This document shows, one piece after another, positions 54,011-64,000 of a stretch of 64,000 nt of DNA. How positions within the stretch are numbered: position 1 is the stretch's first letter; each line of letters begins with the position of its first letter. This DNA comes from Octopus vulgaris. Its lineage: Eukaryota. A program made the translations under genes and the position numbers. A model generated the notes under the pieces. The model was not told where the DNA came from, ran no database searches, and saw only the letters and a program-made list of their open reading frames with translations. The stretch is taken from NCBI GenBank assembly GCA_951406725.2, contig OX597814.1, forward strand, positions 90,954,001 to 91,018,000. Reading direction: 5' to 3'.

Positions 54011-54279
54011 CCGGGTCTCAGGCGGTAGAGGAGGAAGTAATAGAGAAAGAGAGGAAGTAAGAGAGAAAAAGGAAAAGAGTGAAAGCGACACTGAGTGGTG
54101 ATGGCGTTTGTATTGTGTTTATAAATGTTTATCACATCGCAAGTAGATACATATATCCAAAGGAAAGTCGATACATAGATACATACACACATTGCGAAAT
54201 TAAAAGCAGGAGAGATGAGAAACACAGAGGATGTGAGTGAGAAAGATAGAAAGTGAAGCGATAGTAATGAATAGAGGGT

Positions 54280-54570
54280 AAGTCTTTCAGGTGTTTACGT
54301 TTTTATTCTGGGAGTTCTAGAACGATCGACCGTTAGTTATCTCTTCGTTCCCCCATATCCGGTACTTATTCGCTTTCTTTCATTGATATTCATGTCTTTT
54401 AGTTGCGCGGGGAAGACCATGATTTTTTTTTTTCAGGCACACTTAACGTTTTCTCTACAAATTATAAGCAAGCCCCACCTCGCTTCCTTTTTTTTTCATA
54501 CAAATTCTAGTGCAAATTTCGAACGTTATATAGCTGTGAAAATAGCCCAGAAAATGTGTAATACCCCCTA
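54280..54570 (-). mobile_element. Possible Tc1/mariner-superfamily 5' remnant
   Basis: Decayed N-terminal similarity on the minus strand (frameshifted ETKSxxxVxR-like segment); end gtgtaataccccc-ta resembles a TIR plus TA. Confidence 0.25.
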
Positions 54571-54574
54571 CAAA

Positions 54575-54851
54575 GTGGGTGGAGGAGAAACGTTGCCAAC
54601 AGGTGGCTACACAAATTTCCACAGTATACTTTAAAGAGTATCTTCTACTATCGCCTTGGGCCGACAAAAACCTCGTGAGTGAATTTGGTAGACGTAAATT
54701 GAAAGTAGATCGTCATTATTTACCGCACGCTGGACGGATCCCTGGACTTCGGACTGAATTTGGAGTAACTAATTGGCGGAATTCTTTCTACCATCGGATT
54801 AGATTACCTTATTCATTCGAAATAAGCCATTTCTGCACCTTGATTGGGAGT

Positions 54852-54910
<59 letters not shown>

Positions 54911-55105
54911 TATTTTAAGTTTGTCTCTGTTTGTGTCTCTGTTTGTCCCCACCCCCATTGTTTGACAACCAATATTGGTCAGTTTGTGTCCTCGTAACTT
55001 AGTTGTTCAGAAAAAGAGACTGATAAAATAAGTACCAGGCTTACAGAGAATAAGTTCAGGGGTCAATATCTTCCACTAAACGACGGTGCTCCAGCATGGC
55101 ACCGG
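54575..55105 (+). mobile_element. SINE family A with ~135 bp insertion at its internal microsatellite
   Basis: Body up to gtagatcgtc (~54714), unrelated 54715-54851, (TA)n, then tail ...cggtgctccagcatggc. Confidence 0.8.
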
Positions 55106-55141
55106 CACACAAGTTACAGATGTTTTCATTTTTTATATTTT

Positions 55142-55171
55142 CTGTCCGTTAATTTTTCACGGGTCTAGCTA
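55142..55171 (+). mobile_element. Helitron 3' end fragment
   Basis: ccgt.aa..tttcacgg hairpin followed by gtctagCTAG|t; same motif type as 60296-60323. Confidence 0.45.
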
Positions 55172-55260
55172 GTATATATTAACACACACACACACACACA
55201 CACTCACACACACTCACACAAACAAATACACGCACACACATACACACAAATACACACATA

Positions 55261-55500
55261 TCAGGTAACCGTCCAGACTATCTTCTGATGTTGCTACACA
55301 TGGCTAGCCACCATGAGTTTTGCATTGCTTCGGCCTTCAAATAACGCTACCCCGCTGGCTAAGCTGATCGAAAGGGGAACTGGAGAACGTGAAATGAAGT
55401 GTTTGCTCAGGAACAACAACGCAGCGCCATCTAATCAGGGAATCGAATCTACGATCGGGCTATAGTGAGAGCAACCCCCGCACCACTAGGCTATGCACCT

Positions 55501-55504
<4 letters not shown>
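55261..55504 (-). mobile_element. SINE family C (long-tailed variant)
   Basis: Reverse complement gtgaaggtgcatagcctagtggt...gattcgattccc...ttgttcctgagcaaacacttcatttcacgttctccagttc. Confidence 0.75.
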
Positions 55505-55553
<49 letters not shown>

Positions 55554-55559
55554 GTATGT

Positions 55560-55772
55560 TTTATGTGTGCATATGTTTGTGTATCTGTGTTTGTCCCCCC
55601 AACACACCGATGCTGGTGTGTTTACATCCCCGTAACTTAGCGGTTCGGCAAAGAAAATCTGATAGAATAAGTACAAGGTTTACAAAGAATATACAAAGAT
55701 ACATAGAGAGTAAAGCGGTGCTCCAGCATGGCCACAGTCAAATGACTAAAACAAGTGAAAAAGTAAAGAGAA
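55560..55772 (+). mobile_element. SINE family A 3' half
   Basis: tgtgtttgtccccc...ccgtaacttagcggttcggcaaa...gcggtgctccagcatggccacagtcaaatgactaaaacaagt. Confidence 0.85.
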
Positions 55773-55832
55773 ATATATATATATATATACACATGTATTT
55801 ATGTACGTACATATATATATTTATATACATAA

Positions 55833-56210
55833 ACGAGCAAAACGCCCCCACGTCTAATGGACGTCAAACATTTAAACCAAATTTTCTCAAAACAACCTAG
55901 TCCGACCGTCCCATAGGCCTCCCCTTTGAGAAACACTGATTTAACCTAAATTTGAGACACCAGCAAAAGAAGAAATAAAGATAGACTTTTTTCTATTCCA
56001 AAGAAAAACGCTTTCCCACGACTTTATCGATCACATTCTCGCCTGGAATCGATTTTTGTAATTTTTTCATGACTTATACACGCCCTGATACCGTCGGTAT
56101 CTACATATCAAATTTGAGAGCAATCGGATGGCGGATGCCCGAGATCCTTGAAGCCAAACTCACACACACACAAACATACACACACACAGATCGGATTTTA
56201 TATAAGCGAT
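55833..56210 (-). mobile_element. Decayed non-autonomous Helitron (Lep1-like)
   Basis: caaatttgagagcaatcggatgg, then (CA)n, then ttttatataagcgat parallels the 5' region of the 2956-4111 element; the 3' end is degenerate. Confidence 0.5.
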
Positions 56211-56253
56211 ATACATATATATTTATATACATAAATATACATATATACATACA

Positions 56254-56318
<65 letters not shown>

Positions 56319-57479
56319 ATGTGTGTGTGTACGCTTGTGTGTATGTATATACATATACATGTATATTCATGTAGTAAATACATTTGCAATTACTGTTTTA
56401 AAATCATATGATTAAATTTTCTGTGTAAAAAGAACCTTATCAATACAAAGCAGAGTTCCGATCGCCTAGCGATTGCAAGTATATCTCTATCTCGGTTGGT
56501 TAATGCTTCCTCATAACATTGCTTAAAAGTAAGAGATAAGGCCTTTCAGCACGTCATGAGAGAGGTAGCTCTAAAATCTTACTAGTCACACAGATGCACA
56601 CATATGAATGGATATAAGTAAGCACTGATAGATGGATTGATGGATTGACTTGTGAATGTCATGCAATTTTCTTTCTATATGTATAACATTTTCCGCGCAT
56701 CAGAAATTCGACCATATATATGTGTGTGTGTGTGTGCGTGGGGTTCTATGAAGCATCCGCTTCATTATATCTATTTCTATTTCAACTTGAATTATTTTCA
56801 TCTTTTCGGTAATAAACAACCTTGAATATCTGTTTTTATAAGCAATATCAAAAATAAATCCCCGTTATGCGGAATAGAAATGCAGAAAGTGCATTCTCTA
56901 ATATAAAGTTTATTAGATACAAAAATAAAACACTTCTTCATTCATACTAACGAAATGATGGCGATTGATGTTGGAAATATATTTCCTTAAAATGACACAC
57001 CGGAATATTTATTGAATTTGAATATATTACCTTTTCCCAAAATTAGGTTTCCAGCGAATATATTTAGTGTAGTTTAAATAAATAACGTGAAGGTAATAAA
57101 ATCATTTCCTGTATTTCTGAAAATATATATATGCCTTACCCTTTAACATTAGCACATGCATTTCAAATAAAAGTTATATGCAATATAAGAGCAAAAAAGA
57201 GCATTAAATGTATATATAGTATAACAGGATATGATATAATATAATGTAATATAATATAATATAATATAATATAATATATATAATATAATATTATATAATA
57301 TATATTATATATACATATATACACACACACATTTATATATTGGCAGAAAAATTAAGATCATTCCGAATTCAAAATTTTGAAGTTCCAATTGCGTAATTAT
57401 TGGGACACGAAATATTTTCCAGAAAGAAATAATCGATATATTTTGTAATATACAGGTGAGTCTTGAAATCATGACTGCT

Positions 57480-57673
57480 TGAACCTAGAATGCATACTAG
57501 TCGAAATACTGCTGAACATTTCGCCCAGTGTTATAACGATTCCGTCAGCTCACCGCCTTCTATATATACAAAAATAAACCTTTCGCTTATAGTCATAAGG
57601 ACTGAAATTTGGGGAAGTGGGATATCCAATCACATCGACTCCAGTACACAACTGGTACTTAACTTATCAACCC

Positions 57674-57675
<2 letters not shown>
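57480..57675 (-). mobile_element. Two SINE family B fragments
   Basis: gaaatactgct...aacgattccgtcagctcaccgcc (head) and catcgactccagtacacaactggtacttaacttatcaaccccga (core). Confidence 0.65.
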
Positions 57676-57717
<42 letters not shown>

Positions 57718-57723
<6 letters not shown>

Positions 57724-58112
57724 ATTTAGGAATGGTCATTTTGCCAGTTTAGCAAATAAAAAACACACGCACTATATATTTGCTGCTAGTTTGTTTCAGC
57801 TTTATTTATTTTTTTACATTAATATTAATCTTATTTCGGCCAGAGTTCTTTCGTCACACTCCTGTGACCGCATCAGTGTTCCTTTGCTTTCTTCTCCCTT
57901 ATTTGTGTGTCTTTCCTTATCCAACGGTCAGCTATTTTGCATTTTGTATTTCTACTGTCTTCATTTGCGCATGCGTATATCTCTATGTACGTCTATGTTT
58001 AGTTATAGTGTGTGTGTGGGGGCGGAAATGCCTGTAATATTTGTACCTCCTGTTTATATACGTTCGTGTAATTCGTTTTGTTTTTTTTTATTTTGTTCAT
58101 ATGTTTACACCC
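57718..58112 (-). mobile_element. pLTR-type repeat starting at (TA)n with degenerate hammerhead (57841-57880)
   Basis: Minus strand ca-CUGAUGc-g-gucaca(ggag)ugugac-GAAA-gaac-UC-ug; perfect 6-bp stem II; A9 replaced by C. Confidence 0.5.
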
Positions 58113-58128
58113 ACTTATTATTATCATT

Positions 58129-58684
58129 GAGTGAGAGAGCAGTGCATGCCATCAAAGTGACACTGGGGTAATATATACGAAGCCCAATATACCCATCATG
58201 ACTACCCGTCTGATAAAGGTACACCAGGCACATGCATCACAACCATATGTGCGCGACATGGTGATCTCATATCAAGATAAACAGCACATGACCTTGCAGG
58301 TGGGGCCCAGTTAGAATTTTCTTCAGGTTGAGTAGCCCATCCCGCTCAAACGGTCCCTGAATAAGGGTTGTTTAAGGATGTTGAAAGAACCACCCATGTT
58401 TCCAGAGGTGAACTATTCAAACCCCAAAGAATCCCTCTCAACACATGGCTATGATGCTCCCCCACTACTTCTGCTCGTGATCTGAGATGCACATATCGTC
58501 AGCCACTAAGGGACATGCTCAACTGGTTAAGGTCAAACAACTGACAAGCAAATCTGTGGTATTGAGCAGAATATTTGCTGTAGCCCATCTTTTATACCAA
58601 GACAAAACAATGTACATGATAACACTTCCAATCAGTTAAGATCAGGAGCCATGAGAGCCACTGCCTGGTACTGCATCAGGGCAT
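58129..58684 (-). mobile_element. ~556 bp non-coding element between (TTA)n tracts
   Basis: Distinct, more GC-rich block with ttattattatcatt on the left and a long (ATT)n on the right; no TIRs, no clear A/B box, no recognisable ORF. Strand is a guess from TAA polarity. Confidence 0.55.
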
Positions 58685-58702
58685 TTATTATTATTATAAT
58701 TG

Positions 58703-58766
<64 letters not shown>

Positions 58767-58774
58767 CATTATTA

Positions 58775-58822
<48 letters not shown>

Positions 58823-58868
58823 GCATTATTATTGTTATTATGTATGTATGCATAATAATAACAACAAC

Positions 58869-58945
<77 letters not shown>

Positions 58946-58962
58946 TAATAATAAGAAGAAGA
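58685..58962. repeat. Inverted microsatellite pair (ATT)n then (AAT)n
   Basis: (ATT)n 58685-58839, short spacer tgtatgtatgc, then (AAT)n to ~58953 and (AAG)n. Confidence 0.9.
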
Positions 58963-60295
58963 ATAAACTAAATACAACAATATCTGTTTCAACACACAAT
59001 TTCACATAAAAAATCTTGCAAAACAAATATATATATATATAACGCTACAAGTTGAGTTAAAGTTGTTTGTCCCTCTACTGTGTATATTTTCTGTAATTTT
59101 GAATTTCTACCCTGTTAAGTTGGATTTACGAGCTTGCGGAGTGACTAATTACTGTCCATGAACATAGCAGATACTTACAGCTCTAACATATCTTAGTTAT
59201 GATGTTTAAGGTTCAAATTTTCCGTAGTACGTTGCACGCGACTACACTATCCCTATCTTACTATTATGTCGTAACAAACTTAACATTTTATTGGTAATCC
59301 GTATTGATAACTTAGATAACTCATGTATGTTTCAAGATTGGCCCAGGCGATGTGTAATTTAATAGCACCACCTGATTAGGATAGGATATAGAGATCCTAA
59401 CGATAAATATGATTTTTGTGTATATGTAATCTATGAATCAATGAAATGTAAATTAAATCTCCTTAACATATAAGATAATATAATTGTCCAAAATCAAGCT
59501 GTATTCCAAAAGTCCTTCCTACATTATATTAACGATTAAACGTGTGTACACTGTTAATACTACCAGTTGACCGTAAGAAATCCAGCCCCTTTAATTAGCA
59601 AAATTGTTATTATTCCTGTATCTTTACCTTCTTTGAATATCTCTAGCTAAGCTATTACCATTTACATAATATCTAATACTTTGTATAATACTTTCTAATT
59701 CTTAGTATAACGTAGAGATTACTAGATGGAGTACGGACGTATGCATGTGAAAATATCTGAAGGTTGTATCCTCCCCGATGGTCTTGGAAGAACATATATG
59801 TTGTTCAAAATTAGCCGTACGTGACATTCCGACCAAAAACAGAGACTACGCTCTTATTGTACGTAATTCCCATTACAATAACAAATGCAATTTCTTTTAC
59901 AACTTGTTTACATCCTCTACATTTTAGTTCTTATCTCTTATTCATTTTTTCTATAGATCACGTTCTTGTTATTTTATTGTCTTTTTATCATGTATTTTTT
60001 ATTTAACATCTATGGAAATATTCGGTCAAAACTTTGGTCGACAAATCTTTATGATTAATTTTTTTTCATTTTTGTATTTAATTTTACTTTTCTGAAACAG
60101 TTTTATACATATTCATATATTTATCCTCCTTTTTAGTATGTTCCAAATGTGATCATTCTTGTATCTATAAAGGGCGGGTTTGTGCCGAAATAATTTATCA
60201 CCTGCTATTAATTCTGGCAGATGTTTGCTGTGTGACCTGCCACAAGCCGTTTTAATGTGTAGTTTGTCCATTATTTACAGCACATTTATATCTAT

Positions 60296-61100
60296 ACTAA
60301 TGGGACCCGTGAATATTTCACGGAATTAATAGTAAATCTATTAAATTATTTCTGAAAACTTTATCAAAAAACCTGAAAGCGTAGCATATGTTGTGTCTGT
60401 ATGGAAAGATAGTCGCTCATCTGCTACTCATTGAAAAATGAAAGAAATTTCTATATGATAATTACTTAATGCCTTTTATATATACCCTTTATATAGTTTA
60501 TGCACAATTTTATAGACTGGATATACAGTGCTCATGTAATAAATATTCACTCATATTTTTCCATTTATCCCACAAAGAAAAAAATATTTCACGGAATTAT
60601 ACTTATGCGCATGCGTTAAGTGATAGGCGATATCGAAAACTTAGTTCAATTTTTAAAAAAAGCTCACTTTTCATTATCCCAAAACCACCAGTACCACTTC
60701 TATCTCCACCAGCATAACCCCACCACCAACACTATCACCACCACCAACATCCCATTCTCTCCCCTTTCTCTCTGCCTTTCTCTAGCCTCACCAGCAATAT
60801 ATCACCACCCCTCTGTTAAAATTATTACTCCCACCCTCATTGTCTCTATCCGGCTTTCCCTCCACTCTCTTTGTTTTTCTGTATCCCTCTTTCTGTCTCA
60901 GTCTTCACCTGATCCTCTTTTCCCTCTCCTTTCTCTTTCCCCTCCTTCCCTTCAACTAATCACGTGAAGTCGTTTCTCTACATCACGTCATGGACATAGC
61001 TCTCTCTCCCCTCTTTTCTTTCTTCCTCTTTTTCTCTAATCACATGAAAATGTTACCGACGGGCTAAATAACCCAATGACAAGCAGAATTATTATGTGTA
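60296..61100 (-). mobile_element. Decayed non-autonomous Helitron-like element
   Basis: Minus-strand 3' end ccgtgaa-ata-ttcacgg hairpin followed by gtcccaTTAG|t; pyrimidine-rich interior on the + strand; 5' end uncertain. Confidence 0.5.
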
Positions 61101-61321
61101 TTTAGTACCTAGACCTATATTTATTTATGTGTAGTTTTATATTTAAAATATATTGGTTAGAATCGATGATGTAATCTGCCACAAATTAAAAAAATATGTA
61201 AAAATCTCAAATAAATATTTATTTTCTTACATCCTTTATTTGGTTAATTTATATACACACATTACCATTGTGATTCTTCGATTTTCAGAACAAAAGGGAT
61301 ATTTAACCTAGACTTAACCAC

Positions 61322-61452
61322 TATTGGTGTGTTAATTTTCCTGACCCTTAGCGGTTCGGCAAAAAAAAAAACGATAGAATAAGTACTACGCTTACAAAGA
61401 ATAAGTCCTGGGGTGGATTTGTTCGACGACTGAAACAAGTAAAAGAAAAATA
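61322..61452 (+). mobile_element. SINE family A 3' fragment with internal deletion
   Basis: ttagcggttcggcaaaa...gatagaataagtact...aagtcctggggt...gactgaaacaagtaaaaga. Confidence 0.8.
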
Positions 61453-61462
61453 GGATATATTT

Positions 61463-61495
<33 letters not shown>

Positions 61496-61648
61496 GATTT
61501 TCAAAGATGAGAAGGAAGAAACATAGTGACTATTCCATATATTATCCGTTTCTTTGTAGACTGAATATTTGAATAACATGAAGGCTTTATATTTCATTTT
61601 TGGATTTGGTTTGCAAGATTCTTTATTTGAGTTCGTGTGTTGAAGCAT

Positions 61649-61840
61649 ATTCTGTTGTGTCTGGGAAGAGTAATTTTCTTCTTGTACCGTTCGGACAGAG
61701 TCAAGGCTATTGAAAAGGTTGCAAGACGCAACGAAAACTTTAGGAAAATAAAAATGAGAAATAAGTGGACATTTTACCGGTGAGTGTGTAACATTACAAG
61801 ACACAAAAAGAAAATAACTCTCCCCAGACACAACAGAATG
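61649..61840. mobile_element. MITE with ~35 bp TIRs
   Basis: attctgttgtgtctgggaagagtaattttctt / aagaaaataactctccccagacacaacagaat. Confidence 0.75.
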
Positions 61841-63549
61841 AAGGTTTTAATTTTCCTTTAGACCTTGAGAACGAAAGAATACCCGTATCCAAAAAGAAAT
61901 TATCATCCTATAGTCATCTATAATATATACTCGCAAAGTTAGTGAGTGTAACTGTGGATACACTAACCTCGTGGATTCATTGATTGATTCATTCATTAAT
62001 TATTACACTGCAGAGTTTAGATTAAAATTTCGTCAAGTGAATATTTAATATATTTCGATAATAGACTCTATTAATCTATTTTTGTCAGTACACAGAGTTC
62101 TGTGCAAGAAAAACAGATGAGATTTAAAACCCGAACGCATTTCTGTACATCACAAAGTAATTATCTAATAATCTCTTTAGAACAAGATTAGCAATAGGTC
62201 ACTGACGAAAGTCCAAGAAACAAGTAGCTTTTCGGTTAATCTCTGCATTGATAAAACTTGGAGTGTATTTACTTTCTCTTTTAAAGTTTTACAAGGATGC
62301 CGACTCAAAGGTTTATTTGTACAAACATGCATACGGCCTCTAAAACAAAACTGTCTATTGTACGATTAAGTTATCCGTTAATTTACTTTGTTAACGCAGG
62401 CACTATCACAAGGAAGGAAGAGACTACTACAGCTCTTTCCAAGTATGGATATAAAATATATAGCTCAAACTATGTGACGATTCTTTCCATTGTAAAGATC
62501 TAACAAGACTAAAATTAATACACGTGATTTTTTTTTCTATCCTTAGACATCAAATTCTAGAAGTAGAAAATGCCCTTGAAACGCGATATATAATGTAGGA
62601 ATTTTTCTTATTAAAGAAAAGATAAGATACAGTTCCCTCAAAGTTATAGACTTTCTTCCAGTATCACTTAACTAATTTACCCGCGTGTATAAATATCTCT
62701 ATACACCATTATTGTTATCAAATCCACCACGTAAGATAATCATATAGACGACATTATGTGTATTAAAAGTGTTGAACAAATTTTTTTGAGATATGTGCTT
62801 GGAATAATAGTCAATTGCGGCACTTAATTTTTTCATAGTATTTAGAGATGTATAGTACACTTTTAGTTGTTATTTCTACTATAGTTCACTTCGTATTTAT
62901 AGTACCAATAGATTAATTTTTATCATACTTTATTATCCAAAGATAATTAAATTATAGTGAATTTTTAGATCATTTATAGGAAACAGAATTGCTGAATATA
63001 AAGAATTATATATGATCGAATTATTTGCGTTTTCAATTTGCCTGTTGCTGACACAGTATAAACCCAATCATTTGACAATTAACCTAAATTATGTGCTGAA
63101 ATTATTTTATGACGTTAACTGTCACATATGGCCGGCTGGAAGAAATGATCATTAGATTTAATTAGTCCAGCCATCCTACATGCTTAATTCGGTAATAAGA
63201 TGAAGGAACACGAGAAAATTGTACGTGTGCAATAAAAAACTAAAACTCAGGTGATGTGACGAGACGAAAACGACGGATCCTATTAGAACCCGTGAATCAT
63301 AATTTTACACTAAAACCCCTATTTTTGCCGATTAGATACACACGGTGGTTCATAATGATACTTCTCATTTTTTGTAATAAGTGTAATTTATTTGTAATAA
63401 ACACGCTTGTTCAAATCCGAGATACTTGTGTCTAAAAGTGTTCCAATCCTAGTTACACTTGTCTAAAAGGAGTCCCAACTTTATGCTTTAATTTTTCATC
63501 AATAATAATGTCTTTGTCAGTATATAACATTATTAATTTAAGATAGATA

Positions 63550-63764
63550 TTGATTTCAAATATTGGCACAAAGTCTGCAATTTCGTGTGAGGGCGTCAGT
63601 CGGTTACAATGGCCTCAAAGTTCTACTGGTACTTATTCTATCGACGCCGAAGGGTTGAAAGGCAAAGTTGACCTCGGGAGATTTTAAACTCAGAACGTAA
63701 AGAAGGACGAAATGATGCTAAGCGTTTTTCATATGGTGCTAACGATTCTGCTAGTTCCCCGCCT
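63550..63764 (-). mobile_element. SINE family B
   Basis: ctggtacttattctatcgacgccgaagggttgaaaggcaaagttgacctcgg core; gctaacgattctgctagttccccgcc head. Confidence 0.85.
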
Positions 63765-63792
63765 ATTTTAAGTTTAATATTAACAGATAGTA

Positions 63793-63993
63793 AGACGGCG
63801 AGCTGGCGGAATCGTTACCGCACCGGACAAAATGCTTAGCATCATTTCTTCCGACTTTACAAATGCCACCGGTGCATGTAATATACTATCGGGGCCTATA
63901 ATATACGTACCGTATGTGCACTGGGGTCAATGTAGTTGACTTATACTCTCCATTAAAATTGCAAGACTTATTTCAAAATTTGGAATCAATATT
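63793..63993 (+). mobile_element. SINE family B (head-to-head with the previous copy)
   Basis: gacggcgagctggcggaatcgttaccgcaccggacaaaatgcttagc head; cactggggtcaatgtagttgactta. Confidence 0.8.
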
Positions 63994-64000
63994 AACTTAT

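Noticed and set aside
58600-58684. HDV-like ribozyme at the end of the TAA-embedded element
   Set aside because: Could not assign the nested double pseudoknot by eye.
61262-61831. 189-aa ORF (longest in the track)
   Set aside because: Runs through a MITE, a (CA)n tract and a SINE fragment; a chance open frame.

Overview
AT-rich, microsatellite-saturated eukaryotic non-coding DNA (intergenic or a large intron). The tRNA-derived SINE families resemble those I associate with octopus/coleoid cephalopods; this is inferred from pattern recall, not from a search. No intact host gene is supportable, and nearly all listed ORFs are translations of simple repeats or SINEs. The window holds three tRNA-SINE families, decayed R4/Dong-like (RLE), CR1, RTE-like and Penelope-like (GIY-YIG) retroelement remnants, non-autonomous Helitrons and several MITEs/foldbacks. 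The most notable signal is minimal type-I hammerhead-ribozyme (HHR) motifs in at least three unrelated repeat families. One of these is a palindromic composite element present twice (about 30.6-31.1 kb and 49.0-49.6 kb). A complete arm consists of a Pol III tRNA head, a (TAA)n tract and an HHR, and the arms are joined head-to-head. Coordinates were read by eye and may be off by a few bases.
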